Positions 29,424 to 37,689 of a stretch of 41,622 nt of DNA are shown in pieces (position 1 is the first letter of the stretch; each line of letters begins with the position of its first letter). A program made the translations under genes and the position numbers. The stretch comes from an uncultured Butyricicoccus sp. (lineage in GTDB: Bacteria; Bacillota; Clostridia; Oscillospirales; Butyricicoccaceae). The stretch spans positions 1 through 41,622 of the forward strand of contig CAYNPX010000001.1 of NCBI GenBank assembly GCA_964399205.1. The letters are read 5' to 3'. The notes under the pieces were generated by a model. It was not told where the DNA came from. It searched no databases and was given only the letters and a program-made list of their open reading frames with translations.

Positions 29424-30371
29424 TTATCCTCCGATTTGGTTCATTGTACGGGCTGCGCGGATGTTGGATTCAAAGACATGCGCCGCCGGCTTATGATAGA
29501 TGGCATCGCGCAATACCTGCGTCAGCTGTTCTTCGCCTGTATACAGCCAGGGTCGGATATCCGTTTCCTTGTCATTGCCCAGACACATGCGCAGTTTTCC
29601 ATCGCTGGTCAGTCGTACCCGGCTGCAATTGCCGCAAAACTTATGCGAGATCGGACTGATAAATCCAATTCGTCCGGCAAAGCCCTCCGCGCAATAGTCC
29701 TCAGATGGCTGCGACCGATCGCGCGGCGGCACCGCGTAAAGCTCCGGATGCCGCGTTAAAATCTCACTGTTCAGCACGCGCTGCTTGTCCTGCGTACCGA
29801 GCGCGCTGAACGGCATCAGTTCGATAAACCGAACATCAATCGGATATTCCCTGGCAAGCTGGATAAAATCATCCGCCTCATCATCATTTTCACCGCGTAC
29901 CAGTACAGCATTGATCTTGACCTGCATCCCCTGTTTCAACGCTGCGTCTATGCTGCGCATAACCTCACGAAAATCCCCGCCGCGCGTCATGCTTCGATAC
30001 CGCACCGGATCGAGGGAATCCAGACTGATATTGATCCGCTGCAGTCCAAGCCGGTGCAGCGGAACGATTCGATCCGCAAGCCCCTGTGCATTTGTCGTCA
30101 TACTTAAATCGTAAATCTGCGGGAATCCGGCAATCATCTGAACGATCTGCTCCAGATCCTTACGGATCAGGGGTTCGCCGCCTGTCAGACGCACGCGCCG
30201 AATGCCCAAAGCAATAAAAGACCGCATCAGCTTCGTGAGATCATCCAATGTCAGCTCATCCCTTGCCTTACAGAACGCAGTCTCCTCCCGGCAATAGATA
30301 CATTTTAAATTACATCGCTCTGTCAAAGAAATACGCAGATAATGAATATCCCGTCCCATCCAGTCAAGCAT
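29424..30371 (-). CDS. moaA: GTP 3',8-cyclase
   Basis: YLRISLTERCNLKCIYC, LTGGEP, FCGNCSRVRLTSDGKLRMCL, C-terminal IGG. Confidence 0.95.
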   Translation of the reverse strand: MLDWMGRDIHYLRISLTERCNLKCIYCREETAFCKARDELTLDDLTKLMRSFIALGIRRVRLTGGEPLIRKDLEQIVQMIAGFPQIYDLSMTTNAQGLADRIVPLHRLGLQRINISLDSLDPVRYRSMTRGGDFREVMRSIDAALKQGMQVKINAVLVRGENDDEADDFIQLAREYPIDVRFIELMPFSALGTQDKQRVLNSEILTRHPELYAVPPRDRSQPSEDYCAEGFAGRIGFISPISHKFCGNCSRVRLTSDGKLRMCLGNDKETDIRPWLYTGEEQLTQVLRDAIYHKPAAHVFESNIRAARTMNQIGG

Positions 30372-30542
30372 AACTGTGGCTCCTTTTTTGTTTTATATTC
30401 GGGTGGATTTCATCTGTACCCAACCATCTCTTTCCCGCCGCATGTTCATTCATACTGAAGTAATTATACTGCTACATCGAACGATTTGTCTACACGAACA
30501 CAGCAAATGCTCCTGTCAGCAGTACATGTCAGTATATACGCT

Positions 30543-30728
30543 CTATCGTTTCTGCTGTAGCTGGCGCTGTAAAATTCTACAGACCTCTGTTCTGGTCTGC
30601 TCCTCGCGTGCCCGCAGCGCTTCATCAGATGTATCACAAAGAAATGTATCCATAACATATACGACTGCCCCTGAATCCGTCTGGTACTCGGCAATTACAT
30701 TTCCTTTCAGCGGCTGATATGCTTCCAT
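30543..30728 (-). CDS. 61-aa hypothetical protein divergent from LSR3 (candidate recombination directionality factor)
   Basis: MEAYQPLKGNVIAEYQTDSGAVVYVMD..., a small beta-hairpin plus helix protein. Function inferred from position only. Confidence 0.55.
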   Translation of the reverse strand: MEAYQPLKGNVIAEYQTDSGAVVYVMDTFLCDTSDEALRAREEQTRTEVCRILQRQLQQKR

Positions 30729-30782
30729 CGCATTCCATCCTTCTATATGCGCAGTTGTCCGACCGACAGGCGTTTTCGCCGG

Positions 30783-30811
30783 TTGCAATACATGGCCGGA
30801 TATGATATAGT
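30783..30811 (+). promoter_or_regulatory. sigmaA-type promoter upstream of LSR3
   Basis: TTGCAA-N17-TATAGT with TG extension. Confidence 0.5.
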
Positions 30812-30899
30812 TGTGAAAAAGCGTAACATACAGAACCATACTTCTTCCTGTTTTCTCCGCTGCATAGTTTTATCAAAAGAGCACAAGGGGAGAACGGAT

Positions 30900-32435
30900 A
30901 TGGATGCAATTTATTTACGCAAATCACGCTTCGATCTCGATGCAGAGAAAAGCGGTCGTGGGAATACGCTTCTGCGGCACAAGACCACACTCTTAGAGCT
31001 GGCGAAACGGCAGGAGCGGGAAATCGGCGAAATTTACGAAGAAGTGCGCTCCGGTGAAACCATAGCGGCTCGACCGGAAATGCAGCGTCTGTTACACGAT
31101 GTAGAAAATGGAAAATGGGATGCAGTTCTTGTGATGGAGGTCGAACGCCTCGCCCGCGGCGACAGCATCGATCAGGGGATTGTATCACAGGCATTCAAAT
31201 ATTCTAACACAAAAATTGTAACACCCGCTAAAATATATGATCCGGGCAATGAATTTGATGAGGAATATTTTGAGTTTGGACTTTTCATGAGCAGGCGGGA
31301 ATATAAATCGATTCGCCGCAGGATGGAAGCCGGAAAAATTGCCGCCGTCAAAGAGGGAAAATTCCTGGGTAAAACCGCACCCTATGGTTATATGCGCATA
31401 CACATTGAAAACGGCAAAGGCTGGACTCTGCGCGTCGTTCCGGAAGCCGCTGCCGTTGTACAGCAGATTTTTCATATGTACGTTGACAACGGCTACGGTT
31501 TTCAAAAAATCGCACGTATCTTAAACAGCGAAAATATTCCCACCGGAAAAGGAAACGCATGGAGCGCGTCTGCTGTGCGCTCCATACTGGATAATATCAC
31601 ATATGCCGGATATGTATACTGGGGACGCCGTCCGGTCATCCGCACGTCCAGGGACGGCAGACAGATCAGCCACAGACCAACGCGGGAGGCATACCTCATC
31701 TGTAAAGGCATTCACGAACCGATCGTACCGCAAGCGCTATTCGATGCTTCTCGGGCACGCAGGCGTACTCATCCCGGTGTTCCACTGCGCAGTGATACGA
31801 AACTGGTCAATCCATTGCAGGGTATTTTATACTGCCGCAAATGCGGATGTAAAATGCAGCTTGTTTCTCGCAGCGGCAAAACGCCATCTCTATGCTGCCG
31901 CAATCTCACCTGTGATACGGTATCCGCACGTTTACCTGTCATTGAAGATGCGCTGATCACTGCCCTGAACAGCTGGTTTTCCGGTTATACCATGGAAATC
32001 AGTAACAGCACTTGTATTTCGCAGCTCACTGACCACATCCGGCAGGCAAAGCAAACGCAAAAACGCATCTCCGAACAATTAGAACAGCAAGCTGCCAGAA
32101 TCGAACGCACATACGATATGCTGGAACTTGGGATATATTCTCCCGATGAATTTGCCGCACGCCGCAGAACGATTGAGCAAAATCAGAAGGAGCTGCAAGC
32201 CAAATTGGATGCCGCCGCAAAGACAGAACAGCACTGCGCGAACGCACTGACCCGGCAGGTACCATCCGCTCCGCACACGGTTCAACTCATGCACGCCTAT
32301 ACAAATGCCGCATCCAATCAGGAAAAAAATGATATGCTAAAAGCAATCGTTGCGCGTATTGACTATGAAAAAGTCAAACAATATGACGATTCCAGCATAA
32401 AACTGTATATCTATCCTCTATTACCGCAGAAATAA
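30900..32435 (+). CDS. Large serine recombinase (LSR3)
   Basis: IYLRKSR, ERLARGD, YFEFGLFMSRREY, CRKCG Zn ribbon. RBS GGGGAG before ATG 30900. Confidence 0.95.
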   Translation: MDAIYLRKSRFDLDAEKSGRGNTLLRHKTTLLELAKRQEREIGEIYEEVRSGETIAARPEMQRLLHDVENGKWDAVLVMEVERLARGDSIDQGIVSQAFKYSNTKIVTPAKIYDPGNEFDEEYFEFGLFMSRREYKSIRRRMEAGKIAAVKEGKFLGKTAPYGYMRIHIENGKGWTLRVVPEAAAVVQQIFHMYVDNGYGFQKIARILNSENIPTGKGNAWSASAVRSILDNITYAGYVYWGRRPVIRTSRDGRQISHRPTREAYLICKGIHEPIVPQALFDASRARRRTHPGVPLRSDTKLVNPLQGILYCRKCGCKMQLVSRSGKTPSLCCRNLTCDTVSARLPVIEDALITALNSWFSGYTMEISNSTCISQLTDHIRQAKQTQKRISEQLEQQAARIERTYDMLELGIYSPDEFAARRRTIEQNQKELQAKLDAAAKTEQHCANALTRQVPSAPHTVQLMHAYTNAASNQEKNDMLKAIVARIDYEKVKQYDDSSIKLYIYPLLPQK

Positions 32436-32452
32436 TATGTGTGTTTGCGGTT

Positions 32453-32470
32453 CTTATTTGTATGAACACA
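32453..32470 (+). repeat. Right att repeat of the 21-kb intervening element
   Basis: CTTATTTGTATGAACACA, 16/18 identical to 11210-11227. Overlapped by the inverted repeat TATGTGT (32436-42) / ACACATA (32466-72), centred on CTT. Confidence 0.85.
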
Positions 32471-32530
32471 TACAGCTTCCCGAATTGGATTATCTCCACA
32501 TACGGGACCGGGTGTTACTCGTTCACTCAT
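32453..32530 (-). CDS. 5' piece 1 (26 codons) of the split Cys-rich CsxA-like spore-surface gene
   Basis: RBS GGAGGG and ATG 32530 give MSERVTPGPVCGDNPIREAVCVHTNK. The unrecombined frame stops at 32411-32413 (39 aa), so it is absent from the ORF track. Confidence 0.88.
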
Positions 32531-32560
32531 AGCTTTCCCTCCATCTCAGTAGTTTGGTGC

Positions 32561-32588
32561 ATTCTATGTGAAGCAAAGGGAAAAGGTG
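32561..32588 (-). promoter_or_regulatory. sigmaK-type promoter of the split gene
   Basis: Minus strand CACC-N16-CATAGAAT, matching mACm-N16-CATAnnnT. Confidence 0.7.
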
Positions 32589-32629
32589 ATTTTCGATTTT
32601 TATTTCAAAGATAAAGGAAGCGATTGCCA

Positions 32630-33124
32630 ATGACTGCACAGGATTATGAACGCTGGACAGCTGTACTGCGCCGCCATCCGCAGCTGACGCATACACTGCT
32701 CCTGCTCAATAAAATAATAACCGGACTGGTTTATATACTCTATCCGCTTCTCCTGATATATCTGACATGGCAGCAGGATATCCGCCTGCTGCGTGTCTTA
32801 CTCGTACCTGCGGTTTCCTTTGCCGCTATCAGCCTTTTCCGCAGCCGCATCAACGCGCCGCGTCCATATGAAGCGTTAAAGATCCGGCCATTGATCCATA
32901 AAAAGACAAAAGGACATTCTTTTCCGAGCCGCCATGTCTTTTGCGTAACGATCATCGCATGGGCCTATGGTTTTATCATTCCGTGGGCAGGCATCGCACT
33001 CACGATTCTTGCCGTTTTGATGGCGTATATCCGTGTGATCGGCGGTGTACACTTCCCGCGTGATGTCGCCGCCGGACTGCTGATCGGAGAAATATCCGGT
33101 ATCATCGGCTTTGTTCTGCTATAA
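32630..33124 (+). CDS. PAP2 family phosphatase
   Basis: RPY, SFPSRH, RVIGGVHFPRD. Confidence 0.9.
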   Translation: MTAQDYERWTAVLRRHPQLTHTLLLLNKIITGLVYILYPLLLIYLTWQQDIRLLRVLLVPAVSFAAISLFRSRINAPRPYEALKIRPLIHKKTKGHSFPSRHVFCVTIIAWAYGFIIPWAGIALTILAVLMAYIRVIGGVHFPRDVAAGLLIGEISGIIGFVLL

Positions 33125-33142
33125 AAGAAAGAAGGCTGCACC

Positions 33143-33793
33143 ATGGCAACGTATATCATGTCAGATCTGCACGGAGATTGGGGACATTTCCGGCTCATGC
33201 TGTTTAAAATCAGATTTTCATCAACCGATCAGCTCTATATCATCGGCGACGTTGTAGATCGCGGTCCACACGGCGTCAAATTGCTGCAATACATTCGCTG
33301 CCAACAAAACATGACATTGCTCATGGGCAACCACGAACTCATGCTTCTGGAAGGAATTTTGCACAGCAATGACCCTTTGGAGGAGGAATGGTTTGACCCG
33401 CAGACATTCGAGGAGCTAAACCGTCTGTCCGCTGACGAACGCACGGATCTGGCAAAATATCTTACGACGCTGCCGCTTCAATTGACAATCTTCTGCAATG
33501 GAACGGATTATTTACTCGTCCATGCATCCCCTGCCCCGCCGGAGGCAGATCGGGAAGATGCATTGCAATATCTTCTCTGGAATCGTGTAACCAAACAGGA
33601 AGCGGCCGCATTTTCTCAAACAGTTATCGCCGGTCACACGCCAACCGCCTATTACCAGAACTGTGTACCGCTGCGCATCTGGCGATACAAAAACTATATG
33701 GATATCGACTGCGGGACTGCGTTCCGTTCTATCCTGCCGGGAGGCTGTCTGGCGTGCCTGCGTCTGGAGGACGGAAAAGAATTTTACACCTGA
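33143..33793 (+). CDS. Metallophosphoesterase (Ser/Thr phosphatase-like)
   Basis: SDLHG, GDVVDRGP, MGNHE, GHTPT, IDCG. Confidence 0.92.
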   Translation: MATYIMSDLHGDWGHFRLMLFKIRFSSTDQLYIIGDVVDRGPHGVKLLQYIRCQQNMTLLMGNHELMLLEGILHSNDPLEEEWFDPQTFEELNRLSADERTDLAKYLTTLPLQLTIFCNGTDYLLVHASPAPPEADREDALQYLLWNRVTKQEAAAFSQTVIAGHTPTAYYQNCVPLRIWRYKNYMDIDCGTAFRSILPGGCLACLRLEDGKEFYT

Positions 33794-33834
33794 TGATCCA
33801 TATTATAGAATTTATGGCAATACCATACAAAAGG

Positions 33835-33863
33835 TTGCAAAAGAAAACACAGAGTAGTATAAT
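33835..33863 (+). promoter_or_regulatory. sigmaA promoter of fucO
   Basis: TTGCAA-N17-TATAAT. Confidence 0.7.
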
Positions 33864-34088
33864 AAAATTACAGATAAACAAAGGTGTCTGTCTGCAATCA
33901 ATGATGAACTGGCAGGATATTTTATTTCCTATCAGGTCATGAAACAGATCCTTCCTGTTTCCTACCAGAAATTCGTTTGATCCTGTGCAATGCGGCTCAT
34001 TGGGTTGCGTTGCCGGAGATCAGGCGGGAAACATTGGAGTGCTTATCTGTATGACATAAAAGATATATTTTAACAGGAGGAAAGTAAT

Positions 34089-35234
34089 ATGGCTGTCAAT
34101 CGTTTTGTCCTCAATGGTATTTCTTATCACGGAAAGGGCGCAATTCAGGAGATCCCGAACATTATCAGCAGCAAGGGGCTAAAAAAGGCGTTTATCGCTT
34201 CCGATCCGGATCTGGTCAGGTTCAATGTCACAAAGAAGGTGACGGATCTGATGGACGAAAATCATCAGGCCTACGAGATTTATTCCGATATCAAGCCGAA
34301 TCCAACCATTGAGAATGTGTTGGCAGGCGTAGAAGCCTACAAGAAGTCCGGAGCGGATTATATGATTACCATTGGCGGCGGTTCCTCTATGGACACCGGC
34401 AAGGCGATCGGTATTATCATCAACAATCCGGAATTTGCGGATGTTCGTTCTCTGGAAGGCGTTGCTCCGACCAAAAATCCAACTGTTTTTACCATTGCTG
34501 TTCCGACTACTGCCGGTACGGCGGCAGAAGCAACGATCAACTATGTGATTACCGATGTAGAAAAGAAGCGCAAGTTTGTTTGTGTTGATACCAACGATAT
34601 TCCGAATATCGCTGTTGTTGATCCGGACATGATGTCCTCTATGCCAAAGGGTCTGACTGCTGCAACCGGTATGGATGCACTGACACATGCAATTGAAGGA
34701 TATACCACGAAGGGTGCATGGGAATTGGCTGACTGCCTGAACCTCGAAGCAATCAAGCTGATTTCGGCTAATCTGCGCGGTGCGGTTCAGAATACACAGG
34801 AAGGCAGAGAAGGCATGGCACTGGGTCAGTACGTGACCGGTATGGCTTTCTCCAATGTCGGTCTGGGTATTGCGCATTCCATGGCTCATACACTGGGCGC
34901 AGTTTATGATACGCCGCATGGCGTTGCCTGCGCTATGATGCTGCCGATCGTGATGGAGTTTAATCAGGAATGTACTGGCGAGAGGTTTAAGTATATCGCA
35001 CAGGCAATGGGTGTGGACACTACAGGCATGGATCAGGCGACTTACCGAAAAGCGGCCATTGATGCAGTTCGTCAGTTGTCCAATGATGTCGGCATCCCGA
35101 CCAAACTGGATGCGATGAAGGAAGAGGATCTGCAGTTCCTTGCGGAGTCCGCAGCTGCGGATGCTTGCGCTCCGGGAAACCCGAAGGATGCAAGCATTGA
35201 CGATTTCAAGATGCTATTCCGTAAGCTGATGTAA
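34089..35234 (+). CDS. fucO: Lactaldehyde reductase (Fe-ADH family)
   Basis: NRFVLNGISYHGKGA, IGGGSSMDTGK, FADVRSLEGVAPT, TGMDALTHAIEGY. Confidence 0.92.
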   Translation: MAVNRFVLNGISYHGKGAIQEIPNIISSKGLKKAFIASDPDLVRFNVTKKVTDLMDENHQAYEIYSDIKPNPTIENVLAGVEAYKKSGADYMITIGGGSSMDTGKAIGIIINNPEFADVRSLEGVAPTKNPTVFTIAVPTTAGTAAEATINYVITDVEKKRKFVCVDTNDIPNIAVVDPDMMSSMPKGLTAATGMDALTHAIEGYTTKGAWELADCLNLEAIKLISANLRGAVQNTQEGREGMALGQYVTGMAFSNVGLGIAHSMAHTLGAVYDTPHGVACAMMLPIVMEFNQECTGERFKYIAQAMGVDTTGMDQATYRKAAIDAVRQLSNDVGIPTKLDAMKEEDLQFLAESAAADACAPGNPKDASIDDFKMLFRKLM

Positions 35235-35471
35235 TTAAAGCCGGACAGCATCATAACGATTCAATCAGATGTTGATTTGTTCTCTTTTCTTAGCCAATCA
35301 TCACGTTCTGATCTGTCGTGCTTCAACGCAATCAAATAACTTACTGGAACAGCACCAATACACTATGAGGAATAACCGCAAAGAGTGATGTAAACTGTAC
35401 CGGCGGGAATGATACGACGACTCAGTGACAGAAAACAATCATCTCCTTCTGTTATTCTCTATTATGGAATG

Positions 35472-35519
35472 AGCCCGCATGGGAAGTGGAACAGGAAACA
35501 CGTCCCATATGGGCTTTTT
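35472..35519 (+). terminator. Intrinsic terminator-like hairpin
   Basis: AGCCCGCATGGGA...TCCCATATGGGCT followed by a T run. Confidence 0.5.
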
Positions 35520-35727
35520 CTTATCAAAACAGAAGCATATCCGCGATACGACATATAGTGGAACCATTTTCTGCTATTTGCGTATAAATCATCTCGTATC
35601 CTTTCTGATGCACTTTTTTTGCTCTCAGACATTTCATCGTGTTATAATATAAAAATAAATATAATGAGATAAAGCAAAGTGAAGAAATCATTATCTGCGG
35701 CAACGATAACAGATCAGGAGAACTGCC

Positions 35728-36690
35728 ATGAAAATCGGAATTGTAGGAAGCGGAAATATCACGACAGAAGTATTGCCATTATTAGAACAGTGCGGGTGGA
35801 GCGCCGCGGCATTATGCGGAACCCGAAGAAGCTGGGAAACGGTACAGCGGCTGTGCGCGAAATATAACATTAAAACTGGATTTTACGATTATGCGGAATT
35901 TTTACGGCAGAAAAGCTTTGATGTCGTTTACATTGCGACACCCAATCATCTGCATTTTGAAATGGCAAAACAGGCAATGGAAGCGGGAAAGCATGTCATT
36001 CTGGAAAAACCTTTGACGAGTACATATGATGAAGCGAAAACACTTATGTCATTGGCAAAGAAACGGCAGGCTTTTCTATTTGAAGCGATTTCAACTGTAT
36101 ATCTTCCCAATTTTGCAAAGCTGAAGGAATGGCTGCCAGAGGTTGGCGATGTGAAAATCGTCAGCTGCAACTTCAGCCAGTACAGCCGACGCTACGACCG
36201 ATTTAAACAGGGGGAAATTCTGCCGGTTTTCGATCCGAAAAAGGCCGGCGGTGCACTGATGGATTTGAATGTATATAATCTGCATTATCTGGTCGGATTG
36301 TTTGGATCACCAAAGCAGATACAGTATTTACCGAATATTGAGCAAGGCATTGACACCAGTGGAATTTTGCTGCTGACGTATGACACCTTTCAGGCAGTCA
36401 GCGTTGCAGCGAAAGACTGTTCCGCTCCATGCAGCTACGTCATTCAGGGAACAAAGGGATATATCATGCAGAAAACACCCGCAAATCGCTGCGGAGAAAT
36501 CGTATTGAGGAAAAACGACGGAACAGAGAAAAAATTCGATGCTTCGCCCGCTCACAGATTAACATCTGAATTTTGCGCTTTTGCAAAGGAAATCGAATCC
36601 GGTGACAGAGAATTCTGCTATCAGCAGCTGGAACACAGCCTGATTGTAGCTGACTTTTTGACAAAGGCGCGGAAAAATGTGAGGGAATAA
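35728..36690 (+). CDS. Gfo/Idh/MocA family oxidoreductase
   Basis: GIVGSGNI, ATPNHLH, EKP, GGALMDLNVY. Confidence 0.9.
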   Translation: MKIGIVGSGNITTEVLPLLEQCGWSAAALCGTRRSWETVQRLCAKYNIKTGFYDYAEFLRQKSFDVVYIATPNHLHFEMAKQAMEAGKHVILEKPLTSTYDEAKTLMSLAKKRQAFLFEAISTVYLPNFAKLKEWLPEVGDVKIVSCNFSQYSRRYDRFKQGEILPVFDPKKAGGALMDLNVYNLHYLVGLFGSPKQIQYLPNIEQGIDTSGILLLTYDTFQAVSVAAKDCSAPCSYVIQGTKGYIMQKTPANRCGEIVLRKNDGTEKKFDASPAHRLTSEFCAFAKEIESGDREFCYQQLEHSLIVADFLTKARKNVRE

Positions 36691-36851
36691 AATACATGGA
36701 AAATTTCATAAAAGCATGGTAAAATAATGAAAAGTATTGCAATGCAATCGGGCGTGATCCGGAAGCCGGACAATTTTAGGAAAGCGCTGATTCAGAGGTT
36801 CCTTGGCTTTTCAGATGCCGCCCAGATTCGAGATTGATGGAGGGTACCCAC

Positions 36852-37616
36852 ATGAAAGATGTTTGTGTAAAGGGTTGTTCGATCGGAACAGGTATTCCGA
36901 AAATCTGCGTTCCGATCGTCGCAAGAAATATTGATGAGCTGTTCTCACAGGCACGCGCGATGAGTAATAAGGATTTTGACATTGTGGAATGGCGTGTTGA
37001 CTGGTTTGAGGATATTTTAAATCCCGACAGTATTCGCCGTGCCTCTCGTATTTTGCGCGGCATTCTGGATCACAAACCGATTCTGTTCACATTCCGTTCT
37101 TCACAAGAAGGCGGTAAAATGGAGATCGGCATGGAATATTACCGGAAAATCAATACGATGGCGATTGCGGAACGGCTCGCGGATATGATCGACATTGAAC
37201 TGTTCTGCGGCGATGCTATCGTTACGGATATTGTCTCGGCAGCACATAAAAATGGTATGCCGGTGATTATTTCCAACCACGATTTTGAAAAAACTCCGCC
37301 GCAGGCAGAGCTTGTGTCCAGAATGCATCGGGCGGAAGCGCTGGGCGCCGATATCCTGAAAATTTCCGTCATGCCGCAGAGCAGACAGGATGTACTGGAA
37401 CTGCTCAGTGCAACAGAACAGATGTCGCGCGAAAGCGAATGTCCGCTCATTACCATGTCTATGGGCAGCAGGGGTGTCATCAGCCGTCTGAGCGGCGAAG
37501 TATTTGGAAGTGCTGTTACATTCGGTACAATCGGACTGGCATCGGCGCCGGGCCAGATTGAGATCGATGCGCTGCACTACGTACTGGATTTGCTGCACAG
37601 GAGCCAGTCAAAATAG
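36852..37616 (+). CDS. aroD: Type I 3-dehydroquinate dehydratase
   Basis: PKICVP, EWRVD, FTFRSSQEGG, SNHDFEKTP, MSMG, SAPGQ. Confidence 0.95.
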   Translation: MKDVCVKGCSIGTGIPKICVPIVARNIDELFSQARAMSNKDFDIVEWRVDWFEDILNPDSIRRASRILRGILDHKPILFTFRSSQEGGKMEIGMEYYRKINTMAIAERLADMIDIELFCGDAIVTDIVSAAHKNGMPVIISNHDFEKTPPQAELVSRMHRAEALGADILKISVMPQSRQDVLELLSATEQMSRESECPLITMSMGSRGVISRLSGEVFGSAVTFGTIGLASAPGQIEIDALHYVLDLLHRSQSK

Positions 37617-37647
37617 CATGAACGCCTGTCATTCTCACAGGAATCAA

Positions 37648-37684
37648 AAATAGCTCCCAGATCGTTTGCTTCTGAGAGCTATTT
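37648..37684. terminator. Bidirectional terminator between aroD and ispA
   Basis: AAATAGCTC...GAGCTATTT. Confidence 0.65.
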
Positions 37685-37689
37685 CCATT

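Larger units (their letters stand above)
11213..32455. mobile_element. 21,243-bp gene-intervening (skin-like) segment with LSR3 at its right end
   Basis: Bounded by 16/18-bp direct repeats. Removal fuses two coding pieces in frame. No phage or conjugation genes inside. Confidence 0.8.

Noticed and set aside
11213-32455. Prophage or ICE
   Set aside because: No structural, packaging, replication, relaxase or T4SS genes.
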